64,000 nucleotides of DNA, taken from the IMG/VR virus record IMGVR_UViG_3300000553_000004, positions 1 through 64,000 of that record, one strand, 5' to 3'. This document shows positions 28,275 to 36,124 of the stretch, piece by piece. Every line of letters begins with the position of its first letter. The stretch's first letter is position 1. A program made the translations under genes and the position numbers. A model generated the notes under the pieces. It was not told the origin of the DNA. It searched no databases and saw nothing but the letters and a program-made list of their open reading frames with translations.

Positions 28275-29618
28275 TTATGCCGATTTATTTTCACTAATTT
28301 CCATTGGTTTAATCACTTTCTTCAATTTAGGAAGAATCAGTTTTTGTTCGGTGGCAAACTTCGGAACATTATTGTCCAAGAATTCCCACAATTTTTTATC
28401 CATTGCCTGTAATGAGAAGTTAACTTCATTCTGTTTACGAAGTTCTTCTGATTTTTCAAGATGTGGTCTATAAAAATGAAAACAACTTTTCATTGATTCT
28501 GATGCCTTTTGGTAATTGACATTGAACCACGAACTATCTTTAATTAACCACTCATTTACACACTCAGCAGGCAACGTTGCCAAATCACCGTCAAGTAATT
28601 TACATAACTTACCGTCCAAGAAATCTAAATGACCACTCCAATTAGAAGCCAGAACGGGTTTGCCACTCAATGATGATAATAGTAATGGCATACCAAATCC
28701 TTCACCATGAGTGAATGAGATGTGGGCTTTAATCTTCGTATGATTATACAAAGCGTTCATTTCTGATTCCGTTAATTCTCCATATAAAAGATAAACGTTT
28801 GGAAGGTCGGTAGTTAATTTTTCTTTTTGAACTATTTCTCTGACAGTTTTCAATCGATTAATCATGTCATGTTTATCCATATTACAAATGGCCGCCCCGC
28901 TGGTCTTTATAATCAAGGCCGGTTTTGGTTTGGCTCCCATATTGGAGAATGTAGTTAGGAATGTTTTAATTAGATTCCCAATGTCTTTACGGTCATTGAA
29001 TAATCCACCGTTTGTCCACTGACCGACGAAGAGAAAATTGAAATCCTCTTTAACGACTGATAGTTCGGCTTCTACATTTGGCTCTGTAGGTTTGCCGACT
29101 CCATAGATGGATGTGTCTACTCCCCAGAACAAATCTTCCATAGGCTTTAATGATTTTAATTCCTGTCCTGGAATTATTTGATTTGTCTGCTGGTCGGTTT
29201 TATTATAGGATGCTTTCTCAAACACCATCTTAGCGTGTTTAGACGTAACCAAATTGCAATTCATACGATTCAACCCCTCAACCCAATCTGGCTTGGCTAC
29301 TGTAGTCTCAATACCAGCAGTAATACCGATGTTGAATTTGGCAGGAGCCTGGAATTCATTTGGTATTGAACATTGAATAAACAATTCCGGTTGTTTGTTT
29401 ATTGGTTGTCTTACGACTTTTTTATAGAGCTCTTGTTCAATTGGGTCGGTGATGTCGGACGCAAGATACTTTCTAGAACATCCACCCCAACGAGTAGGAA
29501 CTACCATTAAATCGTATTTATCATATCGGAATAGGCTCTTCGCCAACGCCAATCCTAAATCTCCATATCCGCTACGAGTCCACATTGGACTCTGAAATAT
29601 ACACAGTGGTTTACTCAT
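28275..29618 (-). CDS. GT4-like (GT-B) glycosyltransferase
   Basis: TRSGYG, FLFVGQW, THGEGFGMPLL..SGKPV; start MSKPL at 29618. Confidence 0.85.
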   Translation of the reverse strand: MSKPLCIFQSPMWTRSGYGDLGLALAKSLFRYDKYDLMVVPTRWGGCSRKYLASDITDPIEQELYKKVVRQPINKQPELFIQCSIPNEFQAPAKFNIGITAGIETTVAKPDWVEGLNRMNCNLVTSKHAKMVFEKASYNKTDQQTNQIIPGQELKSLKPMEDLFWGVDTSIYGVGKPTEPNVEAELSVVKEDFNFLFVGQWTNGGLFNDRKDIGNLIKTFLTTFSNMGAKPKPALIIKTSGAAICNMDKHDMINRLKTVREIVQKEKLTTDLPNVYLLYGELTESEMNALYNHTKIKAHISFTHGEGFGMPLLLSSLSGKPVLASNWSGHLDFLDGKLCKLLDGDLATLPAECVNEWLIKDSSWFNVNYQKASESMKSCFHFYRPHLEKSEELRKQNEVNFSLQAMDKKLWEFLDNNVPKFATEQKLILPKLKKVIKPMEISENKSA

Positions 29619-29620
29619 AA

Positions 29621-30295
29621 TTATATTATTTGTTTTTCTCTTTCTCTGACGAGGTTTTCGTATTTTGGTTGAGTCGGCGTTGCCGCTCCGGCTTCTTTCC
29701 ATTTATCAAGGATATTTGACTTTCCTATATCATGATATGGACTTTTGTCATCAAACTTTCTAGCGGCCGCGTCGGTTGACTCGACTACCGGAACTTTACT
29801 TCTTAATTTGATTAATTCTGATTCCGTTTGTGAATGTGTAGCAGAAATTTTAATTTCATTAGTAGAACCGAATCCGCCTTGTCCACGTTCGGTTTCATTT
29901 AAATTATCTACAACACTAATTTGAACATTATTATAGAATTCAAAAATGATTTGAGCTATCGGAACTTCTTTTCCATCTTTCACTAAGGGAAGATTTAATT
30001 CTTCTTGTCCAAGATTGATTAGAACAACTCCGACTTCGCCTCTATAATCTTCATCGATTACTCCGGCCAATACGTCTAATCCATTTTTAAAAGCCAATCC
30101 ACTTCTGGGAGCTATACGACCATACATCCCATATGGGATGGCCATCGATAGTCCCGTTTTAAACAGCTTTCTTTCAAGTGGTTTTAGTGTATATCTTTCA
30201 ATTGAATAGAGGTCGTAACCTGCTGATTTAGGACTTCCTTTTGTTGGAATCGTAGCTAAATCATTTAGTTTTTTTATTTGTAATGTAACACTCAT
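29621..30295 (-). CDS. dut: trimeric dUTPase with C-terminal extension
   Basis: AGYDL, PRSG, GVIDEDYRGE, AQ, RGQGGFGST motifs I-V. Confidence 0.93.
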   Translation of the reverse strand: MSVTLQIKKLNDLATIPTKGSPKSAGYDLYSIERYTLKPLERKLFKTGLSMAIPYGMYGRIAPRSGLAFKNGLDVLAGVIDEDYRGEVGVVLINLGQEELNLPLVKDGKEVPIAQIIFEFYNNVQISVVDNLNETERGQGGFGSTNEIKISATHSQTESELIKLRSKVPVVESTDAAARKFDDKSPYHDIGKSNILDKWKEAGAATPTQPKYENLVREREKQII

Positions 30296-30328
30296 ATAAA
30301 ACCTATTATATCTAATTTAACTAATTTT

Positions 30329-31810
30329 TCAAGTTATTATATCTAATTGTAGTTTTATTTTTTCTTGGTCTATCACGGGAATTTCAAATCCCATACCACC
30401 TGGCATTAAGTTGCCGACGTAATCCTTTTCCGTAAATACACCAAACGTTTTCACAGGTTTGAAATTCTTCAAGGTATAATCCATACAAGTGACGAACTGA
30501 TTACACATATTTTCGGAATTGATTCCACCTTCATTTAAGGCCCATTGGCGACCTTTCAAACCTAAGAGTTCACGTTTATCTGCTCCGGCCAGATACCAAT
30601 ACATCATACCTTCAGCGGCATCTTGCCAACGAGACATATCATCAAAGATATATGGCGTCGGTATTGACCCTTGAACACATTGAGAAGTAGGATACACCGG
30701 ATATGCCCATACACCATGTTTCTTATATTTACCAACATTGTTGGAACCGAAGTGTAATCCGAATTCAATAGGCGAACCGTCATCTTGAACTTGTCCGGTT
30801 TGGTCTTGAAGGCCGCCGGTGACAGATACTATGATAGGAGTTCCTGCCATAAGAGACTCTGCGGTCGACAATCCAAATCCTTCGTTAGATGATAAATTGA
30901 TTGTAATATCTGCGATGTTATATATCACATTCATGTCTTCCGGTGTATATTTTGCAACAGAAAATAGAACATCATATTCAGGACAGAATGCTTCTTTTAC
31001 TGCTAATAAGTCCGTACCGGCATCTTGACGAACCTCGGTATGAAGAACTAATACACATTTAGCGGCCTGTTCTTTTGTAAGGTTATCACAAAATGCTTTG
31101 TAAGCCAACATGATGTTACTAGTTCTCTTTCTCTGAACGTTTCTCGAATTGTAAAAAATTACAAATTCATAATCTTTATTTCCAAACAACTCTTTACGTT
31201 TCTTTTTCAAGATTGAGTCGTCGGTAGGAATTGGATAGAACATTTTACTATTAATTCCGTGTGGAACATAATGTAATACGGTTTTATCATTTGTATTCTC
31301 AGAATCAACTGTGGATACTTTATCAGGTCCCAAAACCCATTTGTTGATGTTATAGGTTTGTTTACTGATGGACATTAATAAGTCACATGATTCATAGTAT
31401 GGTTTATTATACATTGGATACGGGACGTCATCCCAGATGTTAAGATACGTCAGTGGAATCTTCGAACGAATTTGTCGTTCAATGGCATACAACCAGCCCC
31501 AAAATCTAGGGTCTGTAAAGTGCATTATTGCGTCTGGCTTTTCTCTGTCCATGATATTGAAGAGAAGTTCCTCGTTGCCATATCCATCGACGGGATACAA
31601 CGTTACCTTCGCGTCTGCAACTCCGGTCAACTGTGCGGTCGCAGAATCCATATTAATTACCTTGCCTTTGTCTGGATGTTGAATTGCCCCTGCGATTTGA
31701 ACCCAATCGTAATTTGCGACGGTTCCGAGGACAAGTTCCCTTGACATAGTGGCTACGCCAGAATGCATTCTTAAATCATCTGACAACAATAGAATTTTTG
31801 GTTTTGACAT
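30329..31810 (-). CDS. GT4-like (GT-B) glycosyltransferase
   Basis: SDD..MHSG, RNVQRK, SSNEGFGLSTAESLMAGTPII. Confidence 0.88.
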   Translation of the reverse strand: MSKPKILLLSDDLRMHSGVATMSRELVLGTVANYDWVQIAGAIQHPDKGKVINMDSATAQLTGVADAKVTLYPVDGYGNEELLFNIMDREKPDAIMHFTDPRFWGWLYAIERQIRSKIPLTYLNIWDDVPYPMYNKPYYESCDLLMSISKQTYNINKWVLGPDKVSTVDSENTNDKTVLHYVPHGINSKMFYPIPTDDSILKKKRKELFGNKDYEFVIFYNSRNVQRKRTSNIMLAYKAFCDNLTKEQAAKCVLVLHTEVRQDAGTDLLAVKEAFCPEYDVLFSVAKYTPEDMNVIYNIADITINLSSNEGFGLSTAESLMAGTPIIVSVTGGLQDQTGQVQDDGSPIEFGLHFGSNNVGKYKKHGVWAYPVYPTSQCVQGSIPTPYIFDDMSRWQDAAEGMMYWYLAGADKRELLGLKGRQWALNEGGINSENMCNQFVTCMDYTLKNFKPVKTFGVFTEKDYVGNLMPGGMGFEIPVIDQEKIKLQLDIIT

Positions 31811-31824
31811 AACTTAATAGAATT

Positions 31825-32028
31825 TTATGAACTGAATGAACCTGAAGAACTTAGGACTGGAATAACGAAGTTATTCGCCAATGTACGAAATGAAGAGTCA
31901 TCTACATAGAGATGAATGCATTTGTCCACGAACGTTTGAAGTGTGAGATTGTTTTGGATTCCGAGAATCTTAAAGGAATCATATAATCCCTTTTCAATCT
32001 TTACGGTAGTTGCGATTTTTATTTTCAT
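31825..32028 (-). CDS. small ribbon-helix-helix-like DNA-binding protein
   Basis: TTVKIEKGLYDSFK..LTLQTFVDKCIHLY pattern, head of GT operon. Confidence 0.55.
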   Translation of the reverse strand: MKIKIATTVKIEKGLYDSFKILGIQNNLTLQTFVDKCIHLYVDDSSFRTLANNFVIPVLSSSGSFSS

Positions 32029-32131
32029 ATATCAACGTAACAACATTAAACCATACTAATGTAGTTACGTTAATAATATATATGTTTTATTACCATAAGC
32101 CTGAAAATCCGTTTTTTTATTTTTAAGAAGA

Positions 32132-32719
32132 TTAACCCATTCTCAACTGTCGTGGGTCTTCCGCAGAAAGAAACTCACGGATGCTATCGGCCCTAATATA
32201 AATGTCTTGATGACCTATTTCAATGGTTACTTGAGAATCCTCTGGAGCATCTGGGATTTGTTTGCCTACCCATCCCTGAACCGTTCGTAATGCCGATTTT
32301 GGTGATACACGATTAAAAATCTGAACGGTTATGTTAGGTTTGCCTGTATTTGTGGTTTTTACTATGGTCATCACTCTGGCTAATATAGCATTTTCTATAC
32401 ATTTCCAAATCTCTAAATAGTTATCGTCGTTGCCCGTATCATTCATGTCTGCAGGAATACCAAAAAGCGCTCTATTATCCAATGCTAACGCATATCCATA
32501 GTGGTCAACCCCGCCTCCAAGACCATTACTACCTTCCATTTCCATACTAGCATCGGCCAATTTACCATTTTTCATGATAAAGTATCCACGAGTACCGGCC
32601 ATACGACCTTGTTTAACCGTAGATATTTGTTTCCAATTATCCACCAATTTAGGGCCCTTTGGTTCATTTAGTTCTTTTAGAATGAACTTTATAAGTGGTT
32701 TTAGTTTGTTCTTGGTCAT
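32132..32719 (-). CDS. hypothetical, probable virion-internal protein
   Basis: LIKFILKELNE N-terminus; ATATTTAT 5 nt before ATG. Confidence 0.6.
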   Translation of the reverse strand: MTKNKLKPLIKFILKELNEPKGPKLVDNWKQISTVKQGRMAGTRGYFIMKNGKLADASMEMEGSNGLGGGVDHYGYALALDNRALFGIPADMNDTGNDDNYLEIWKCIENAILARVMTIVKTTNTGKPNITVQIFNRVSPKSALRTVQGWVGKQIPDAPEDSQVTIEIGHQDIYIRADSIREFLSAEDPRQLRMG

Positions 32720-32731
32720 AACAGATAAATA

Positions 32732-32932
32732 TTATGATTTTGTTCTATTATCTATTATATTAGCTAAAAGTATGTAATAACAAGGTTGGCAGATGTGGAT
32801 TTTTTCGACTTGACATATATCGTCATTATGGATTTTTGGTGGCGGAGAAAATAACAATGCTCCTGGAAATTTCAATGGAAGTCTACAACGAAAACAACTA
32901 AATTTTATTTTTTTATTGGATTCTTTTTTCAT
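32732..32932 (-). CDS. small Zn-finger protein
   Basis: CFRC ... CQPC. Confidence 0.55.
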   Translation of the reverse strand: MKKESNKKIKFSCFRCRLPLKFPGALLFSPPPKIHNDDICQVEKIHICQPCYYILLANIIDNRTKS

Positions 32933-32937
32933 ACTAG

Positions 32938-33864
32938 TTAATCTTGTTCTTCTTTTGGAATATCGCTCTTAGCATCACAGTTGGTTCCTTTATGTGGGCA
33001 ATATTTACAATTTTTCTTTGCCTTGCCTGGATTTTTAAGATATACGGACGTTTCTGTAACATAGCTACCCTCCGAAGTAAAACATTCGGTAACAAATTCG
33101 GCAAATCTATTCAACGCCTTAGCTACCATCGGCTGATTATTTTTTGGAATAAAAGTCTGAATGCGGCTCTGTGGAAATGTATATTTTTCCCACAATTTTC
33201 TTCTTAAAATAAAGAACTCAACATCAATCAAGTCTATGTTAACGTCGTATTTTCTACTAAAGAATGCTTTGTAAAGTAGAATCTGTGCGACCTTTGATTC
33301 ATCGTCTTTTTGATAATGATTCCACCCATTAGTTGAAGTTTTAATATCAATGATTCTATATCTACCGGTTGATTTTTCTTTTAATACTAAATCGATATAA
33401 CAGACGAATTCTACATTTTGTTTAATTGGCATGATGATTTCATCCTCAACACTAACAAATTCATATTTACTTGACGGAAAGTGTTTGATTCGATTCGCTA
33501 CATTAGTGAATGCGATAATAATATTTTTAGCATCTTCAACATATTCGGTGTGAATTTCCGCAGTAATTTCTACTGGCTTAGCTTTCTTTTCACCACCGGA
33601 AAGTTCTCGGTCGAACGCAGCTAAGAAAATAGCATTCAAGTCGTGTTTATCTGCATCCTTTGCGGATTTTTTATACAACGTTTCGATGTATAGTTGAATA
33701 CATTCATGCATAGCCGTTCCGAAACAGGTGCTAACACTGTCTTCAAATGTTCTAAGGCCCTTTACATGGTCAAGAAACCATCGATGTCTACAATGAAACC
33801 AGTTGGAAAATTGTGAGTATGAAACTCTACGTTTGTTGCCTTTTGGGGTGGAATTTTTTGCCAT
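32938..33864 (-). CDS. PD-(D/E)XK (Cas4/RecB-like) exonuclease
   Basis: SYSQ, C, YIDLV, IIDIKTS, Q.LLY, CKYC..C; start MAKNS inferred from TTGACA-17-TAAAGT upstream. Confidence 0.82.
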   Translation of the reverse strand: MAKNSTPKGNKRRVSYSQFSNWFHCRHRWFLDHVKGLRTFEDSVSTCFGTAMHECIQLYIETLYKKSAKDADKHDLNAIFLAAFDRELSGGEKKAKPVEITAEIHTEYVEDAKNIIIAFTNVANRIKHFPSSKYEFVSVEDEIIMPIKQNVEFVCYIDLVLKEKSTGRYRIIDIKTSTNGWNHYQKDDESKVAQILLYKAFFSRKYDVNIDLIDVEFFILRRKLWEKYTFPQSRIQTFIPKNNQPMVAKALNRFAEFVTECFTSEGSYVTETSVYLKNPGKAKKNCKYCPHKGTNCDAKSDIPKEEQD

Positions 33865-33957
33865 AGGTAAAACTTTATCAGTATTAACAGGTATTGTCAA
33901 ATATTTATAAAGAATGAAAATTCGTCCTTGTAAATGTGGGTGAATGATATATAATGT

Positions 33958-34656
33958 ATGATTATGAAAAATATAAGAATGTTGTTGTTAAACTTGTTGG
34001 TGATTGTTAATATGCCGGAATTGTCTCTAAGTCAAGACTATACGAATGGGGTGTATGTAGAGAACGGTAAAACCACTGAGATTGATAAATCCATACATGA
34101 AATCACACCTACCAATTCTCCTGAAATTTTATATTTCTCAAACGACTTGATTGTAAAGGTGAATACGAATAGTGATTTTGTAATAAACAGTTTTTTTCAA
34201 GACATCAAGAATACGAATTCTACTCCTGAAAAGATAAAATCAACAACTCATAATTTTTCTGCTACATTAAATAATGGTATAATCATAGTGACTTATTCTG
34301 GAGGCGATGAAAATTCTTCTTGTGTAATTTCAACTCCATACACCGACCACGAACTATCAAGGGGAACGTTTTATTTTCAGGTAACTGACGGTAGAGTCAT
34401 AGTGTTCACTTTGGACGGCTCGGTAAAATCCAATGGAAATTCGAGAAATGGAACTACCACGCCTACGGGATATGCAGTGATAGCGATTCAGAATAATATC
34501 GGCATTTTAGACTCTAAAGTTTCTTTTTATACTGATAAAGTGAAACAGGCAGTGATAGATAAATTAGTGATTGAGTCTAAGGATATTACGAATTTAAAAA
34601 ATTCTACTGTTTTTATAAGAATCAACGGCAAAATCATTGGCGTTGTTATAAATTGA
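33958..34656 (+). CDS. secreted FecR-like beta-domain protein
   Basis: Signal-like N-terminus; ISTP..LSRGTFYFQV..V.TLDGSV. Confidence 0.55.
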   Translation: MIMKNIRMLLLNLLVIVNMPELSLSQDYTNGVYVENGKTTEIDKSIHEITPTNSPEILYFSNDLIVKVNTNSDFVINSFFQDIKNTNSTPEKIKSTTHNFSATLNNGIIIVTYSGGDENSSCVISTPYTDHELSRGTFYFQVTDGRVIVFTLDGSVKSNGNSRNGTTTPTGYAVIAIQNNIGILDSKVSFYTDKVKQAVIDKLVIESKDITNLKNSTVFIRINGKIIGVVIN

Positions 34657-34680
34657 CTTAATCTTTTATATCGGTATAAT
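34653..34680 (+). promoter_or_regulatory. sigma70-type promoter
   Basis: TTGACT-16nt-TATAAT. Confidence 0.6.
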
Positions 34681-34687
34681 TGGTAAA

Positions 34688-34990
34688 ATGAGACTTAGCC
34701 AATTACAATTATTAGATGATTCGGAGATTTCACTTCTTCTATACGTCGTAAATGTATTAGACCCAATACAATCTCCAAAAGTTGATATGGAAAATCCAAA
34801 AAATATTTTGTGGATTCGTCACGACGCATTACTTTGGAAATTATCCCAACATCATTCAAAATTAACCGAATCCGGTAAAGAGGTTTTTAAGAGTTTAATG
34901 ACCAAATTAAATAAATCTCCTGTACAAGAACATATAGATTATGAACATTCCACAAACACAACACTTACACAGTCAGAGTTTCAATTCTAA
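34688..34990 (+). CDS. hypothetical protein
   Basis: 100 aa ORF after promoter. Confidence 0.6.
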   Translation: MRLSQLQLLDDSEISLLLYVVNVLDPIQSPKVDMENPKNILWIRHDALLWKLSQHHSKLTESGKEVFKSLMTKLNKSPVQEHIDYEHSTNTTLTQSEFQF

Positions 34991-35252
34991 ATTCGTAGAA
35001 TTTGTTTGGAAGTTTCCAATTGATAAAGTCAATGCTAAAACAAAATTTCCATTTGATTCAAAATTAGTGACCATATTACTTGTTTGTAATATTGATAAAG
35101 ATGGTAATGTGATTGTCGAACCGTGGTTGCATGATGAATTTGATAATCGTGATATGTATGTCACAAATGACGTAGGTATAAACGATTTTATTTCAAATGA
35201 AGAATTGGAACAATTGAAGATGGATACAATAAAATATTTGAAAATTTCCTAA
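34941..35252 (+). CDS. hypothetical protein
   Basis: 103 aa ORF. Confidence 0.55.
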   Translation: MNIPQTQHLHSQSFNSKFVEFVWKFPIDKVNAKTKFPFDSKLVTILLVCNIDKDGNVIVEPWLHDEFDNRDMYVTNDVGINDFISNEELEQLKMDTIKYLKIS

Positions 35253-35283
35253 CGTTTTATATCCTAACGATATACTTATTACT

Positions 35284-35439
35284 ATGGGTCGCAATAAATT
35301 AAACCGAACGGATGAAGAAATACGAGAACAAAATCGTATTCGTCAAAGGAGATTTTATGACAAGCATAGTAAACGAATCAGAAAAGAAAAACTTAGAAAA
35401 TATTACGAAAAAAAGGAAGTATCCAATAAAGGTAGTTGA
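35284..35439 (+). CDS. 51 aa basic helical peptide overlapping homing endonuclease
   Basis: MGRNKLNRTDEEIREQNRIRQRRFYDKHSKRIRKE; homolog at 49469; not in ORF track. Confidence 0.7.
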   Translation: MGRNKLNRTDEEIREQNRIRQRRFYDKHSKRIRKEKLRKYYEKKEVSNKGS

Positions 35440-36124
35440 CGGAAAGAAAATTTGGTATAAGTTTTGTCCTAATTGTAATAGAGAACAACAATATTCTACT
35501 TTAAGAGCCGCATCACACGCCACGAAGAGAAATAAACAATGTTTGTTTTGTAAAAATAAAGAAGATGGGAATCCATTTTTCGGCAAACACCATACTATAG
35601 AACATAGAGAAAATTTATCTAAAAAACAATTGGTTAGTTGTTCTTATCGTTATAAAAGAGTTGGTAAAAATCCTGATAAAATTAATAAACGATGTAAATT
35701 TTGTGAAAATGAATTTAAAGTTATAAAGTCATTGCATTTACAAAAATATTGTAAATATGAGTGTGCGTTAAAAGATAATTTTGGATTTCAACCATTCAAA
35801 AAAACTAAACCTGAAAGAAAGTTTGAAGAGTGGCTTAAAATCAACAATATAGATTATAAATCATCATTTCAGTTAAAAGGAAAATTATACGATTTTTATA
35901 TACCATCTAAAAATATATTGGTTGAAATTGATGGAATTTATTGGCATGGAAAAAATTTAAAATATGATGAACTGAATGAAACACAAAAAAGAAATAGAAT
36001 TAATGATAATAGAAAAACTTGTATTGCCAAGGAAAATGGTTATACTCTGATAAGAATTTGGGAAGATGAAATAGAGGACAAAACGTGTATCAAAATATTT
36101 ACATTTCAAGAAAAGATAATATAG
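35312..36124 (+). mobile_element. homing endonuclease (Zn-finger + DUF559-like PD-(D/E)XK)
   Basis: CPNC, CLFC, CKFC; YDFYI..LVEIDGIYWH; overlaps polymerase start. Confidence 0.8.

Noticed and set aside
28275-29702. N-terminal extensions in ORF-track calls (29702, 17527, 43141, 20196, 7335, 48128)
   Set aside because: They overlap neighbours or promoters; downstream ATGs fit motif spacing and homolog-like starts
33901-33943. Late-type motif followed by 9 aa ORF MKIRPCKCG
   Set aside because: Too short to support; motif overlaps an AT-rich divergent promoter region and may be chance
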